Below are positions 9,417-20,983 of a stretch of DNA of 64,000 nucleotides, piece by piece. The position numbers and the translations under genes were made by a program. The notes below the pieces were generated by a model that saw only the letters and a list, made by a program, of their open reading frames with translations, did no database searches and was not told where the DNA came from. The DNA comes from Rhodospirillales bacterium (GTDB taxonomy: Bacteria > Pseudomonadota > Alphaproteobacteria > CACIAM-22H2): assembly GCA_016794025.1 (NCBI GenBank), contig JAEUKX010000027.1:11222-75221 (forward strand), given 5' to 3'. Every line of letters starts with the position of its first letter. Positions within the stretch are counted from its first letter, which is position 1.

Positions 9417-10270
9417 CGGGTACGGACCAGCTCGCCAATCCGGCGCTCTACCGCCGCCGCGCCCGCCGCAACCGGCTTGCGGTGGCGCTCGCCTATGCGG
9501 CCACGGCCTTCGGCGTGGGCTGGATCGCCGTCATCCTCGCCGTGCTGCTCTACAAGGGGATCGGCGGCCTGTCGCTTGCGGTCTTCACCGAGATGACGCC
9601 GCCCCCCGGTGCCGCCGGCGGCCTGCTCAACGCCATCGCGGGCAGCGCCGTGATGACGCTGCTGGCGGTCCTGATCGGTACGCCCGTCGGCGTGCTTGCC
9701 GGCACCTATCTCAGCGAATTCGGCAAGCACGATCGCGTGTCGGCGATCGTGCGCTTCGTCAACGACATCCTGCTGAGCGCGCCTTCGGTGGTCGTGGGCC
9801 TTTTCGTCTACGAGATCATGGTGGCGCCGATGGGCCATTTCTCGGGTTATGCCGGGGCGGTGGCGCTGGCCGTCATCGTCATTCCCGTCGTCGTGCGCAC
9901 GACCGAGGACATGCTGAACCTCGTCCCCGACACGATGCGCGAGGCGGCTGCCTCGATCGGGCTGCCGCGCTCGCACATGATCGTCCACATCGCCTATCGC
10001 GCCGCGCGTGCGGGCATCGTCACCGGCATCCTTTTGGCCGTCGCGCGCGTGAGTGGCGAGACGGCGCCGTTGCTGTTCACGGCCCTCAACAATCAGTTCT
10101 GGAGCATGAACATGAACGGGCCGATGCCGAGCCTGCCCGTGGTCATCTTCCAGTTCGCACTTTCGCCCTTTGCCGAGTGGCAGAAGCTCGCCTGGACGGG
10201 CGCCCTCATCATCACGGTCACGGTCCTGGGGCTCAGCGTCCTCGCCCGGTCCCTCACGCACAGAAGGTAG
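9413..10270 (+). CDS. pstA: Phosphate ABC transporter permease PstA
   Basis: ATGA overlap with the pstC stop. 285 aa membrane protein with an EAA-like loop ([16 protein letters not shown]). Confidence 0.9.
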   Translation: MTGTDQLANPALYRRRARRNRLAVALAYAATAFGVGWIAVILAVLLYKGIGGLSLAVFTEMTPPPGAAGGLLNAIAGSAVMTLLAVLIGTPVGVLAGTYLSEFGKHDRVSAIVRFVNDILLSAPSVVVGLFVYEIMVAPMGHFSGYAGAVALAVIVIPVVVRTTEDMLNLVPDTMREAAASIGLPRSHMIVHIAYRAARAGIVTGILLAVARVSGETAPLLFTALNNQFWSMNMNGPMPSLPVVIFQFALSPFAEWQKLAWTGALIITVTVLGLSVLARSLTHRR

Positions 10271-10272
10271 CC

Positions 10273-11100
10273 ATGAGCGCCAGTGTCCAGAACGTCCAGA
10301 TCCAGCTCGACGCGCCCGTGCCGGCCGGCGAGGCGCCCGAGATCCTCGAGGAGAAGATCTCGATCCGCAATCTCGAGTTCTTCTACGGCGACTCGCGCGC
10401 GCTCAAGAAGATCGACCTGCCGCTCTATTCGCGCAAGGTGACCGCGTTCATCGGCCCGTCGGGTTGCGGCAAGTCCACGCTGCTGCGCGTCCTCAACCGC
10501 ATGTACGATCTCTATCCCGGCCAGCGCGCGACGGGCGAGGTGATGCTCGACGGAGAGAACCTGCTTTCGCCGTCCGTCGACATCAACCTGCTGCGTGCCC
10601 GCGTGGGCATGGTCTTCCAGAAGCCGACGCCATTCCCGATGTCGATCTACGAGAATGTCGCCTTCGGCATCCGGCTCTACGAGGACCTGCCGAAGAACGA
10701 GATCGATGCGCGGGTCGAATCGGCGCTGCGCCGCGCGGCCCTCTGGGACGAGGTGAAGGACAAGCTCGGGGCGGCGGGGCAGGCCCTGTCGGGGGGCCAG
10801 CAGCAGCGGCTGTGCATCGCGCGGACCGTCGCCGTGCGCCCCGAGGTGATCCTGTTCGACGAGCCGTGTTCGGCGCTCGACCCGATCTCGACAGCGAAGA
10901 TCGAGGAACTGATCGACGAACTGAAGCGCGACTACACGATCGTGATCGTCACCCACAACATGCAGCAGGCCGCGCGCGTCTCGGATTTCACGACATTCAT
11001 GTATCTTGGCGAGGTCGTGGAGTTCGGTCCGACCGGAACCATGTTCACGGCGCCCACCGACCGGCGCACGCAGGACTACATCACCGGGCGCTTCGGCTGA
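10273..11100 (+). CDS. pstB: Phosphate ABC transporter ATP-binding protein PstB
   Basis: Walker [35 protein letters not shown], and C-terminal YITGRFG typical of PstB. Confidence 0.95.
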   Translation: MSASVQNVQIQLDAPVPAGEAPEILEEKISIRNLEFFYGDSRALKKIDLPLYSRKVTAFIGPSGCGKSTLLRVLNRMYDLYPGQRATGEVMLDGENLLSPSVDINLLRARVGMVFQKPTPFPMSIYENVAFGIRLYEDLPKNEIDARVESALRRAALWDEVKDKLGAAGQALSGGQQQRLCIARTVAVRPEVILFDEPCSALDPISTAKIEELIDELKRDYTIVIVTHNMQQAARVSDFTTFMYLGEVVEFGPTGTMFTAPTDRRTQDYITGRFG

Positions 11101-11111
11101 AGGAACGCGAG

Positions 11112-11849
11112 ATGGGCAACGAACATATCGTCAAATCGTTCGACGACGAGCTGAAGCGGCTCACGAACCTGATCGCCCGCATGGGCGGCATGGTCGAAGC
11201 ACAGATCGCGACCGCGATCCAGGCCGTCGTCAAGCGCGATGCCGACCTCGCGGCGAGCGTCGTTTCCGCCGACATCCGCGTGGACGAGCTCGAACGCGAG
11301 ATCGACGATCAGGTGCTGCGCGTGATGGCGCTGCGCCAGCCGGTCGCCAGCGACCTGCGGCTTGTCCTGGGTGCGCTTCGCATCGGCGCCGATCTGGAAC
11401 GCGCGGCCGACTACGCCAAGAACGTCGCCAAGCGCGCCGCGGTCCTGGCGCAGGTGCCGCCGCTTCGGCCCGTCCATTCAATCCCGCGCATGGGCGCCAT
11501 GGTGCGCGAGATGCTGAAGGACGTGCTCGACGCCTTTGCCGCAGGCGATGTCGAGAAGGCCGTATCGGTGTGGAACCGCGACGAGGAACTCGACGAGATG
11601 TACGCCTCGCTGTTCCGCGAGTTGCTCACCTACATGATGGAGGACCCGCGCAACATCACCGGGTCGACGCACCTGCTTTTCATCGCCAAGAACATCGAGC
11701 GGATCGGCGACCACACCACCAACGTGGCCGAGACGATCCACTTCCTGGTCAAGGGCGTACCGCTGCGCGAGATCCGCCCCAAGGGCGACGTTTCGAGTTC
11801 AACGATCGTCACGGCCGAAGGCCGGGACGGAGAAGGGAGTTCCGCATGA
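11112..11849 (+). CDS. phoU: Phosphate signalling regulator PhoU
   Basis: 245 aa with two PhoU repeats (ERAADYAKNVAKR / ERIGDHTTNVAE). Confidence 0.93.
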   Translation: MGNEHIVKSFDDELKRLTNLIARMGGMVEAQIATAIQAVVKRDADLAASVVSADIRVDELEREIDDQVLRVMALRQPVASDLRLVLGALRIGADLERAADYAKNVAKRAAVLAQVPPLRPVHSIPRMGAMVREMLKDVLDAFAAGDVEKAVSVWNRDEELDEMYASLFRELLTYMMEDPRNITGSTHLLFIAKNIERIGDHTTNVAETIHFLVKGVPLREIRPKGDVSSSTIVTAEGRDGEGSSA

Positions 11850-12541
11850 AGCCCTATCTCCTGATCGTCGAGGACGAGGCCGCACTCGTCGAGCTGCTGC
11901 GCTACAACTTCGAGAAGGAAGGCTTCCGGGTGACCTCCGCCGCCGACGGCGAGGCCGCCCTTGTCGCGGTGGCCGAGGCCAAGCCCGACCTGATCGTGCT
12001 CGACTGGATGCTGCCGCATGTCTCCGGCCTCGAAGTCGCAAGGCAGCTGCGCCGCAAGCCGGAGACACGCGACATCCCGATCATCATGTTGACGGCGCGC
12101 GGCGAGGAGACGGATCGCATCCGCGGGCTTGAGGTCGGCGCGGACGACTATGTGGCCAAGCCGTTCAGCCCGTCGGAGCTTGTCGCGCGCGTGCGCGCGG
12201 TGCTGCGCCGCTCCAAGCCTTCGACGGCGCAGGATCTCCTCACCTTCGGGGATCTCGTGATGGATCTTTCGGCGCATCGCGTTCTGCGCTCGGGCCGGTC
12301 GATTCATCTGGGCCCGACGGAGTTCCGCTTGCTCCGTTTCCTGCTCGAGCGGCCGGGCCGCGTGTACAGCCGCGAACAGCTTCTCGACGCCGTGTGGGGC
12401 CGAGATATCTATGTCGAGCCGCGCACGGTCGACGTGCATATCCGCCGGCTGCGCAAGGCGATCAACTCGCCCGGCGACTCCGACCTGATCCGCACCGTGC
12501 GGTCGGCGGGCTACGCGCTTGACGAGAACGTGGACGCCTGA
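11846..12541 (+). CDS. phoB: Phosphate regulon response regulator PhoB (OmpR family)
   Basis: ATGA overlap with phoU. Receiver domain (LIVEDE...DLIVLDWMLP), winged-helix C-terminus (VDVHIRRLRKAI...RTVRSAGYAL). Confidence 0.93.
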   Translation: MKPYLLIVEDEAALVELLRYNFEKEGFRVTSAADGEAALVAVAEAKPDLIVLDWMLPHVSGLEVARQLRRKPETRDIPIIMLTARGEETDRIRGLEVGADDYVAKPFSPSELVARVRAVLRRSKPSTAQDLLTFGDLVMDLSAHRVLRSGRSIHLGPTEFRLLRFLLERPGRVYSREQLLDAVWGRDIYVEPRTVDVHIRRLRKAINSPGDSDLIRTVRSAGYALDENVDA

Positions 12542-12590
12542 CGTTCAATTCGCTGGCGAAAGGCGGGCAGGCGGCTAAGATGCCGCTTCG

Positions 12591-13889
12591 ATGCCGCGTC
12601 CGCCGAAAGTACCGAATCCGGAACGACTCAGCGCCAGCGAGGCGCGTGCGGCGATGGCGTCGGGGCGTCTCGACAGTCTTGGTCTCGTGCGCGCCTGCCT
12701 CGAACGCATATCCGAGCGCGACAGGGAAATCCGGGCCTGGACGCATGTCGACAGGCAGGAAAGTATGCGGCGGGCCGAAGCTCTCGACAGGCTGGCCCGC
12801 ACGCAGCCGCTGCACGGCATCCCGATCGCGATCAAGGACATCATCGATACGGCGGGAATGCCGACCGCGTACGGCTCGCCCATCTATGCCGGAAACCGCC
12901 CGAAGGCGGATGCCGCATGCGTGCGCCGTCTTGTGGCCGCCGGCGCGGTCATCCTCGGAAAAACGGTAACGACCGAGTTTGCCTATTTCAGTCCGGGGCC
13001 CACACACAACCCGCATCTGCGCGGTCATACACCGGGCGGGTCGTCGTCAGGTTCGGCCGCTGCCGTTGCCGATTGCCATGTGCCCATCGCGCTTGGCACG
13101 CAAACGGCTGGATCGGTCATCAGGCCGGCGGCCTACTGCGGTGTTGTCGGCTACAAGGGGACGTTCGGCTGGACGGAGATGGCCGGGGTGAAGCCTCTTT
13201 CGCCGGCACTCGACACGCTTGGCGTCTTCTGCCGGGTCGTGGCGGATCTTGCACTCGTGCGTCAGGCATTCTCCGGAAAGCCTGTCGCCGCCGCGACGCA
13301 GGCGCCGGCGCGGCCACCGCGCATCGCCGTGTGCCGGACACCCTTCTGGGCGGAAGCGGATGCCGAGATGCACGACCGGTTCGAGGATGTCGTCGCGCGG
13401 CTGCGCGGCCAGGCCGAACTCGTCGACTTCGACCCGGACGAGACCTGGAACACGATCAACGAGGCCCAGCTTGCGATCATGATGCGCGAGGCGGTTGCAG
13501 CCCTTGCGCGCGAGAGGGCCGAGCATGCCGACAAGCTGTCGACCCGCCTTCGCGAGATGCTCGAGGACGGCGAGCGTGTCGGCATCCGCGAGGAGACGGC
13601 CGCGCGCGCGCTCGCCACACGCTGCCGCAACAGGCTCGCCCAGGTCTGGCGCGACAGCGATTTCATCCTGGCCCCGGCGGCACCGGGAGCGGCACCGCGC
13701 GGGCTCGAGCGGACGGGCGATCCGGTCTTCAACCGGATGTGGACGCTACTTGGCAACCCGTGCATCGCGCTGCCGGTCGGGCGGAACGACCGGGGCCTGC
13801 CGTTGGCCGTTCAGCTTGTCGGCCCGCACAACGAGGACGACACGCTTGTGGCACATGCAGCCTGGCTTGAGGCGATGCTCGCCGCCTGA
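12591..13889 (+). CDS. Amidase-signature family amidase
   Basis: GGSSSGSAAAV signature, catalytic-Lys region (IAIKDII). 432 aa. Confidence 0.85.
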   Translation: MPRPPKVPNPERLSASEARAAMASGRLDSLGLVRACLERISERDREIRAWTHVDRQESMRRAEALDRLARTQPLHGIPIAIKDIIDTAGMPTAYGSPIYAGNRPKADAACVRRLVAAGAVILGKTVTTEFAYFSPGPTHNPHLRGHTPGGSSSGSAAAVADCHVPIALGTQTAGSVIRPAAYCGVVGYKGTFGWTEMAGVKPLSPALDTLGVFCRVVADLALVRQAFSGKPVAAATQAPARPPRIAVCRTPFWAEADAEMHDRFEDVVARLRGQAELVDFDPDETWNTINEAQLAIMMREAVAALARERAEHADKLSTRLREMLEDGERVGIREETAARALATRCRNRLAQVWRDSDFILAPAAPGAAPRGLERTGDPVFNRMWTLLGNPCIALPVGRNDRGLPLAVQLVGPHNEDDTLVAHAAWLEAMLAA

Positions 13890-13898
13890 AGCGGGTTT

Positions 13899-14876
13899 TC
13901 AGCTTGCGGGCGGACGCAGGTGGCAGGCGACCTTGTGGCCTGCCGCGACCTCGCGCAGGGCCGGCTCCTCGACACGGCAGCGCGCCTCGGCATAGGGGCA
14001 GCGCGTGTGGAAGCGGCAGCCGGCCGGCGGCCGGATCGGCGAGGGCACGTCGCCGGAAAGGATGATGCGCTTGCGCTTGCGGCGCGGGTCGGGCTGCGGG
14101 GCTGCCGACAGCAGCGCTTCGGTATAGGGGTGCTGTGGCGCGGCGAAGAGCGCGCGCCGTTCCGCGATCTCGACGATCTTGCCCAGATACATGACCGCCA
14201 CGCGGTGGCTGATATGCTCGACCACCGCCAGGTCGTGCGCGACGAACAGGTAGGAGACGCCGAACTCCGCCTGCAGATCCATCAGCAGGTTCACGACCTG
14301 CGCCTGAACCGAAACGTCGAGTGCGGAAACCGGCTCGTCGGCGACGATGATCTTGGGCCGCACGGCCAGCGCACGTGCGATCCCCAGCCGCTGGCGCTGT
14401 CCGCCGGAGAATTCGTGCGGGAATCGCGACATCTGGTCCGGCCGCAGGCCGACCTTGCCGAAGAGCCAGGCCACGCGCTCGCGCGCTTCGGCGCCCTTGG
14501 CAATGCCGAAATTCGTGAGCGGCTCGGCGACGATCTCCCCTGCGGTCAGCCGCGGGCTCAGCGATGCATAGGGGTCCTGGAAGACCACCTGCATGTCGCG
14601 CCGGTGCGCCCACATCTCGCCGCGTCCAAGCGCGTCGATGCGCGTGCCGGCGAGGCGGATCGTGCCCGACGTGGGGTCGATCAGGCGCAGGATCGTCTTG
14701 CCCGCGGTCGACTTTCCGCAGCCGGACTCGCCCACGAGGCCAAGCGTCTCGCCGGCCCCGAGCTGGAAGGTGATGCCGTCGACCGCGCGCACCATCTCGC
14801 GCGTGCTGCCGAACAGGCCGCCGCGCACGGGAAAATGCTTGACCAGGTCGACGACCTCGAGAAGCGGTGCGCTCAT
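13899..14876 (-). CDS. Oligo/dipeptide ABC transporter ATP-binding protein (DppF/OppF-like)
   Basis: Start [15 protein letters not shown] overlaps the upstream stop by 4 nt. [17 protein letters not shown], and a C-terminal Cys-containing oligopeptide-type tail ([14 protein letters not shown]). Confidence 0.9.
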   Translation of the reverse strand: MSAPLLEVVDLVKHFPVRGGLFGSTREMVRAVDGITFQLGAGETLGLVGESGCGKSTAGKTILRLIDPTSGTIRLAGTRIDALGRGEMWAHRRDMQVVFQDPYASLSPRLTAGEIVAEPLTNFGIAKGAEARERVAWLFGKVGLRPDQMSRFPHEFSGGQRQRLGIARALAVRPKIIVADEPVSALDVSVQAQVVNLLMDLQAEFGVSYLFVAHDLAVVEHISHRVAVMYLGKIVEIAERRALFAAPQHPYTEALLSAAPQPDPRRKRKRIILSGDVPSPIRPPAGCRFHTRCPYAEARCRVEEPALREVAAGHKVACHLRPPAS

Positions 14877-15877
14877 CGCGGTGGCTCCGGCAGGTCGCCG
14901 CTGCGCCAGCATGCCGCAATGTGGCCGGGTGCCTTTTCCTCCAATACCGGCGTTTCGCGCCGGCAGCGGTCGATGGCGTAGGCGCAGCGTTCGGCAAAGG
15001 CGCAACCTTCAAGGGCCTGCGTGAGCTTCGGCACGATACCGGGGATCTCGACAAGCCGCGTGCGCTGGCCGTCGTCGGCCGAGCCCAGCCGCGGGATCGA
15101 CCCCATCAGGCCGAGCGTGTAGGGATGGCGCGGCCGGTCGAACAGCGCTTCGACAGGTGCCTCCTCGACCTTGCGGCCCGCGTACATCACGACGACGCGC
15201 TGGGCGGTCTCCGCCACGACGCCCAGATCGTGCGTGATGAGGATGATCGCGGCTCCGATCCGCCGCTTGAGGTCGAGCATCAGGTCGAGGATCTGGGCCT
15301 GGATCGTCACGTCGAGGGCCGTCGTCGGCTCGTCGGCGATCAGCAGCTTGGGATTGCAGGCAAGCGCCATGGCGATCATGACGCGCTGGCGCATGCCGCC
15401 GGAAAGCTGGTGCGGAAAGGCGTCCGCCCGGCGCGCAGGCTCGGGAATGCGCACGAGATCGAGCATCTCGACCGCGCGCTTGCGGGCCGCCTCGCCCGAA
15501 AGGCCCTGATGCAGCTCGAGCGTCTCGGCGATCTGCCGGCCGACCGTCAGAACCGGATTGAGGCTCGTCATCGGCTCCTGGAAGATCATCGAGATCTCGT
15601 TGCCGCGGATGGCGCGCATCTCGGCATCGCCCGCGGCCAGCAGGTCGCGCCCCTCGAAGCGGACCGCGCCCGACACGATGCGCGCGGGCGGCGAAGGCAG
15701 AAGGCGCAGGATTGACATCGCCGTGACGGACTTTCCGCAGCCGCTTTCGCCCACGACCGCCAGCGTCTCGCCGGGTGCCACGGAATATGAAACGCCATCG
15801 ACCGCGCGCACGACGCCGTCTGCGGTGAAGAAATATGTGCGCAGATCCTCGATTTCGAGAAGGGGCGTGGCGGTCAT
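14873..15877 (-). CDS. Oligo/dipeptide ABC transporter ATP-binding protein (DppD/OppD-like)
   Basis: [16 protein letters not shown]; [35 protein letters not shown]. Confidence 0.9.
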   Translation of the reverse strand: MTATPLLEIEDLRTYFFTADGVVRAVDGVSYSVAPGETLAVVGESGCGKSVTAMSILRLLPSPPARIVSGAVRFEGRDLLAAGDAEMRAIRGNEISMIFQEPMTSLNPVLTVGRQIAETLELHQGLSGEAARKRAVEMLDLVRIPEPARRADAFPHQLSGGMRQRVMIAMALACNPKLLIADEPTTALDVTIQAQILDLMLDLKRRIGAAIILITHDLGVVAETAQRVVVMYAGRKVEEAPVEALFDRPRHPYTLGLMGSIPRLGSADDGQRTRLVEIPGIVPKLTQALEGCAFAERCAYAIDRCRRETPVLEEKAPGHIAACWRSGDLPEPPR

Positions 15878-15881
15878 GGCG

Positions 15882-16757
15882 TCACATCTGGCGGGCAAGA
15901 CGCGGGTCGAGGGCATCGCGAAGCCCGTCGCCCAGCAGATTGATCGCCAGCACCGTCGCCGACAGGAATGCCGCCGGAATGAGGATCAGCTGCGGACGGA
16001 TCTGGAACACCGCGCGACCCTCCGCAATGATGTTGCCCCAGGTCGGGATCGACGGCGGAAGCCCGGCGCCGATGAACGAAAGGATCGCCTCGGTGATGAT
16101 CGCCGAGGCGCAGATATACGTCGCCTGGACGAGCAGCGGCGCGATCGTGTTCGGCAGGATGTGGCGCACGAGAATGCGCGGCGCCGAAGTTCCGGAGGCC
16201 ACGGCCGCCTCGACGAAGGGCTGTTCGCGCAAGCCGAGGACGACGCTGCGCACTAGGCGCGTGACGCGGGGGACCTCCGCCACGGCGATGGCGACGATCA
16301 CGTTGCCGAGGCTGGCCTTTGTCAGCGCCATCAGCGCAACCGCGAGCAGCACCGAGGGGATCGACATGAGGCCGTCCATCACGCGCATCAGCACGGCATC
16401 GACCCAGCGGTTGAACCCGGAGACGAGACCGAAGAAGAGCCCCGCCGCCACGGCGAAGGCGGCGACCGCGGCCCCGACAAGCAGCGAGGCGCGCGCCCCG
16501 TAGATCACGCGGCTGTAGAGATCGCGGCCGAGCTGGTCGGTGCCGAACCAGAACTGGTCGGACGGCGGCCGCAGGCGTCGGATGGGGGAAAGGGCGGTCG
16601 GATCGATCGTGCCGAGCCACGGGGCCAGCAGCGCCATCAGCAATGCCGCCAGCAGCAGCGCGCCGCCGGCGATGATCGTGATGTTGCGCACCCACCAAGG
16701 GCGGCGGCGGACCTTGATGGCCTCGGGCGGCGTGGGCGAAACGACGGTCAGCGCCAT
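15882..16757 (-). CDS. Peptide ABC transporter permease (DppC/OppC-like)
   Basis: Membrane protein with an EAA-like loop ([23 protein letters not shown]). Start chosen at MALTVVS, downstream of the upstream stop. Confidence 0.85.
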   Translation of the reverse strand: MALTVVSPTPPEAIKVRRRPWWVRNITIIAGGALLLAALLMALLAPWLGTIDPTALSPIRRLRPPSDQFWFGTDQLGRDLYSRVIYGARASLLVGAAVAAFAVAAGLFFGLVSGFNRWVDAVLMRVMDGLMSIPSVLLAVALMALTKASLGNVIVAIAVAEVPRVTRLVRSVVLGLREQPFVEAAVASGTSAPRILVRHILPNTIAPLLVQATYICASAIITEAILSFIGAGLPPSIPTWGNIIAEGRAVFQIRPQLILIPAAFLSATVLAINLLGDGLRDALDPRLARQM

Positions 16758-16764
16758 GCCGGCC

Positions 16765-17706
16765 TCAGTACCGGATGCGCGGATCGAACAGCGTGTAGCT
16801 GAGATCCACGAGCAGATTGATGACGACATAGACGAACGAGAACATCAGGATCACGCCCTGGATCACCGGATAGTCGCGCCGCAGGATCGCGTCGACCGTC
16901 ATCCGGCCGAGACCGGGGATGGCGAACACGCTCTCGGTCACGACGACCCCGCCGATCAGCAGCGCCACCCCGATGCCGATGACCGTGACGATCGGGACGG
17001 CGGCATTGCGCAGCGCGTGGCCGACAAGGACGCGGTCGGTGCGCAGGCCCTTGGCGTCGGCCGTGCGGATATAGTCTTGCGCAAGCACGTCCAGCATGGC
17101 CGCGCGGGTCATGCGGGCGATGAGCGCGATATAGACCGTTCCCAGCGCGATCGTGGGAAGCACGAGCTGGCGCAGGAACGGCCAGAACCCCTCCGTGATC
17201 GAGACGAATCCCTGCACCGGCAGCCAGTCGAGCGAGATCGAGAATCCGAAGATCAGCAGGTAACCGAGCACGAAGACGGGCACCGAGAACCCGAACACCG
17301 CGAAGACCATCACGGCCCTGTCGATGAGGCTGCCGGCCTTCCACGCCGCAACGACGCCCATCGGCACCGCGACCAGGACGGCGAACACGAGCGTCGTCGC
17401 CGCGAGCGATACGGTCGCCTCGACACGCTGGCCGATCAGCGTGGAGACGGGAAGGTTGGAAAAGATCGAACTGCCGAGATCGCCATGCAGGATCGACCAG
17501 AGCCACGTGCCGAAACGGATATGGAATGGCTCGTCCAGCCCGAGCACGGCCCGGATGCGCGCGATGTCGTCGACGGTCGCGATGTCGCCGGCGATGATCG
17601 CGGCCGGATCGCCGGGAGCAAGATACAGAAGGGAGAAGACGAACAGGGCCACCACCCCCATGACGGGGATGGTGGCCAGTATCCGTCGGACGACGAAAGC
17701 GAACAA
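16765..17706 (-). CDS. Peptide ABC transporter permease (DppB/OppB-like)
   Basis: MFAFVVRRILATIPVMGVVALFVFSLLYLAPGDP is a typical DppB N-terminus; YIRTADAKGL loop. Confidence 0.9.
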   Translation of the reverse strand: MFAFVVRRILATIPVMGVVALFVFSLLYLAPGDPAAIIAGDIATVDDIARIRAVLGLDEPFHIRFGTWLWSILHGDLGSSIFSNLPVSTLIGQRVEATVSLAATTLVFAVLVAVPMGVVAAWKAGSLIDRAVMVFAVFGFSVPVFVLGYLLIFGFSISLDWLPVQGFVSITEGFWPFLRQLVLPTIALGTVYIALIARMTRAAMLDVLAQDYIRTADAKGLRTDRVLVGHALRNAAVPIVTVIGIGVALLIGGVVVTESVFAIPGLGRMTVDAILRRDYPVIQGVILMFSFVYVVINLLVDLSYTLFDPRIRY

Positions 17707-17739
17707 AGCCCGTGCCGTTTCCGTCGGCCGATGTGCCGT

Positions 17740-19326
17740 TCAGCGCTTCTCGACGTTCCAGAAGAACGGAACGGGCGAGACGATGATCCCGCTGACGCTC
17801 GTGCGGAACGCCATCGGCTGCTGGAACTGCCCCGTCGTGACGTAGGGAACCATCTCGTAGGCACGGACCTGCATCTGGCGCGCGATCGCCACCTGTTCGG
17901 CCGGCGTGGGTGCCACGAGCCACTTCTCGCGGAGTCCTTCCATGGTCGTGTCCGTGGGCCAGCCGGGCCACGAGGCCGCGCCGTTGCCGCGCAGCGGCGC
18001 ATGCAGCGCCGGGTTCACGACGTCGGGCCCGACCCACCACGTGTGGAAGATGGACCAGCCCCCCTGATCGGGCGCGTTCTTGCTGGCGCGGCGCGCGAGC
18101 ACCGAACCCCAGTCCGTCGCCACCAGTTCGACGTTCATGCCGAGCTTCTTGAGAAGATCCTCGGTCACGAGGCTCTGCAGGTGGTTCGTCGGGATGTCGG
18201 TGGGCGAGATGATGATCACCTTCTCGCCCTTGTAACCGGCATCCTTCAGCATCTGCTTGGCCTTGTTGAGGTCGCCGGCCGCGTTCTCGATGCCCGCGTC
18301 CGACGACATCGGCGTGCCGCAGGTGAAGAACGATTTGCAGACCTTGTAGTATTTCTTGTCGCCGATGATGGCCTGCAGGTAGTCGTCCTGGTTGACGGCC
18401 ATCATCACCGCGCGGCGGATCGCCGGGTTGTTGAACGGCGGATGCAGGTGATTGAAGCGCAACATGGCGATCGAGCCGAGCGGATCGATCAGCTCGATCT
18501 TGATGTCCTTGTTGCGCGCAAGCGTCGGCAGCAGGTCCACCGGCGGCTGCTCGTACCAGTCGACCTCGCCGGCCGCGAGTGCGGCGGATGCGACGGCCGG
18601 ATCAGGGATGATGCGGAATTCCAGCCGGTCGAACTTGACGACCTTCCCGCCCGCCGCCCAGGACGGCGGCTCGCTGCGGGGCTTGTAGTCCGCGAAGCGT
18701 TCGTAGACGGCCTTCTGGCCCGGTACCCATTCGCCGCGCACGAAGCGGAACGGGCCCGATCCCGTCGCGTCGGTGATGTTCTGCGCGGGATCGGTCGCGG
18801 CCACGCGCTCGGGCATGATGAAGGGCACATTGGACGAAAGCTTGCCCAGTGCCTCGAGCATGAGCGGGAAGGGCTTCTTGAGCTTGAGCGCGAAGCCCTT
18901 GTCGCCCATCGCCTCGTAGCTGTCGAGGCTGGCGGCCATCGCCTGGCCAAAGGTGTCGCGCGCCGACCAGCGCTTCAGCGAGGCGATCACGTCGGCCGGG
19001 CGCACGGCCTGGCCATCGTGGAACTTGAGACCGTCGCGCAGCGTGAATTCCCAGCGCAGGCCGTCCGGGCTGGTCGTCCACTTGTCGACCATCTGCGGCT
19101 GGATCTTGAAGTTCGCGTCCGTCGCGAAGAGCGTGTCGTAGACGAGATAGCCGTGGTTGCGCACGATGTAGCCCGTCGTCGTGATCGGGTCGATCGACGA
19201 AAGGTTGGCGTGCGGAATGAACCGGACCACCTTCTGCTGGGCGGTGGCCGGGCCGGCAAGCCCGATGCCGATGCCCAATGCGGCTGCAACACAGGCGGCG
19301 AATAGCCGTTTGCCCTGGAACGTCAT
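17740..19326 (-). CDS. ABC transporter substrate-binding protein, family 5 (peptide/nickel type)
   Basis: 528 aa, signal peptide ending GPATAQ. First gene of the minus-strand dpp-like operon. Confidence 0.85.
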   Translation of the reverse strand: MTFQGKRLFAACVAAALGIGIGLAGPATAQQKVVRFIPHANLSSIDPITTTGYIVRNHGYLVYDTLFATDANFKIQPQMVDKWTTSPDGLRWEFTLRDGLKFHDGQAVRPADVIASLKRWSARDTFGQAMAASLDSYEAMGDKGFALKLKKPFPLMLEALGKLSSNVPFIMPERVAATDPAQNITDATGSGPFRFVRGEWVPGQKAVYERFADYKPRSEPPSWAAGGKVVKFDRLEFRIIPDPAVASAALAAGEVDWYEQPPVDLLPTLARNKDIKIELIDPLGSIAMLRFNHLHPPFNNPAIRRAVMMAVNQDDYLQAIIGDKKYYKVCKSFFTCGTPMSSDAGIENAAGDLNKAKQMLKDAGYKGEKVIIISPTDIPTNHLQSLVTEDLLKKLGMNVELVATDWGSVLARRASKNAPDQGGWSIFHTWWVGPDVVNPALHAPLRGNGAASWPGWPTDTTMEGLREKWLVAPTPAEQVAIARQMQVRAYEMVPYVTTGQFQQPMAFRTSVSGIIVSPVPFFWNVEKR

Positions 19327-19416
19327 GCTGTCGGTCCTCCGTTGCGATCTGTTCCGGCGTTCCTGCCGTTCGTCGGCCGGAATTGTCCGCCGAGCATGCC
19401 ACAGTTGCAGTCTCGG

Positions 19417-20916
19417 TCAAACGTCCTGCGCTGCGACAGCCGGGAAGGGACCGGGGTCGAGCGGATAGACCGGCCGCGCGACACGGGAAAACGTCAGGCG
19501 GGCGTTGTCGGAAGTCGTGACGCCCTCGCCGTCGAGCGCGAATGTCGCGCGGGCGAGCGGGGCAAAGCCGGCGCGGTAGTGGATGCGCGACTTGAGCAGC
19601 AGGAAGCGCTGCCGTGCAGGGTCGATCCCGTTGGCCGTGAAGATGCCCGTGTCCCACGGTTCATGGTGCAGGGACACGATCACGATCTTCACCTTGCCGG
19701 TATCGAGCACGGCCGTCGGCCCGGTATTGACCTCGACGCCAGTGTACATCGGCCCTTCGACGCGCCATTTCCCGTCGGCGAGGCTGGCGACCGTGCCGGT
19801 CACGCGCAGCGGCTGGCCCGCAAGTCCGACCGAAGGCATCGGCGTGCGTCCGCCCAGATCGAGGGTCACCTTCGCGCCGAGGCCGGCTTCCCGCATTGCG
19901 GCGACCGCCGCGGGGTCCCAGACGGCCGCGACGGCGACATTCTCGAGCCCCTGCCGGACAACCTCGGCAATCACTTTCATCACGTCGGAAGTGCCACCGG
20001 AGCCCACATTGTCGGCGTGGTCGAGGAGGACGACAGGTGCCGCGTTGACCTCCTTCGCGCGCGCGACTGTCGCGGCGAGCGGTGCATGGCGGTGGGTAAA
20101 CTCGCCGCGCGCATTCCACGCCGCATCGAGCAGGGCCTGTGCAACCGTGCGGGCAGCCGCCCTGTCGCCGTCGGCCACGACAACGGCGGAGTTGCCGGCA
20201 ATGGGAATGTCGGCCATCGGAAAACCGCCGAAGGCCGTTGCGCACAGGATGGGCGCCTTTGCCTCGCTGGCGGCGGCCAGCGCCTGAATGTCCCGCATGG
20301 GCTGGTCGGCCGTGCCCTGACGCAGCGTCTGCGACATCAGGGGCAGCCGGCCCCAGGCCATCACGGGCCGGCACTTGCCTTCGATCGCGTCGAGGACGAC
20401 GCGCCCGACACGTTCGGCCACGGCGTACATGTCGACATGCGGGTAGGTCTTGTAGCCGATGATCGCGGTGCAGTTGGCGACCATTTCGACCGACAGGTTG
20501 GCGTGCAGGTCGCAGGTGACGGCAATGGGCAGATCCGGCCGGATCGCGCGGATGCGTTGCAGGAGCGTGCCTTCGCCGTCGTGCGTATGCTCGCAAACCA
20601 TGGCGCCGTGCAGGTCGAGCAGGACGCCGTCGCAACCCGCCTCGACGGCCTCAAGGATGGGGCGCGCGAGCCGTTCGTAGGCTTCGCGGGTGACGAGGCC
20701 GCCGGGCATCGCCTCGGCCGCGACAGGGGTTGCGATCTCGGCGCCGCGCTCGCGGGCAAGGCGGATGTAGGCCGCCAGCGGCATTGCCGTATTCTCGAAC
20801 GTGGGCACGATGGACGGGCCGAAATGCAGGCCCCACTGCTCGAACCGCGCGATATCCGTGACGATCGGCGAGAACGTGTTCGTTTCGTGCTTCAGCATTG
20901 CAAGGACGAGGCGCAT
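19417..20916 (-). CDS. M81 family metallopeptidase (MlrC-like)
   Basis: N-terminus MRLVLAMLKHETNTFSP and 499 aa are typical of the MlrC/DUF1485 family. Lies upstream of the peptide ABC operon on the same strand. Confidence 0.75.
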   Translation of the reverse strand: MRLVLAMLKHETNTFSPIVTDIARFEQWGLHFGPSIVPTFENTAMPLAAYIRLARERGAEIATPVAAEAMPGGLVTREAYERLARPILEAVEAGCDGVLLDLHGAMVCEHTHDGEGTLLQRIRAIRPDLPIAVTCDLHANLSVEMVANCTAIIGYKTYPHVDMYAVAERVGRVVLDAIEGKCRPVMAWGRLPLMSQTLRQGTADQPMRDIQALAAASEAKAPILCATAFGGFPMADIPIAGNSAVVVADGDRAAARTVAQALLDAAWNARGEFTHRHAPLAATVARAKEVNAAPVVLLDHADNVGSGGTSDVMKVIAEVVRQGLENVAVAAVWDPAAVAAMREAGLGAKVTLDLGGRTPMPSVGLAGQPLRVTGTVASLADGKWRVEGPMYTGVEVNTGPTAVLDTGKVKIVIVSLHHEPWDTGIFTANGIDPARQRFLLLKSRIHYRAGFAPLARATFALDGEGVTTSDNARLTFSRVARPVYPLDPGPFPAVAAQDV

Positions 20917-20983
20917 GTTCTCTTTCCGACCTTTCCGGCAAGTCCGCGACGTGCCAGCATAGCCGCCTTGCGGGGAGTGACAA

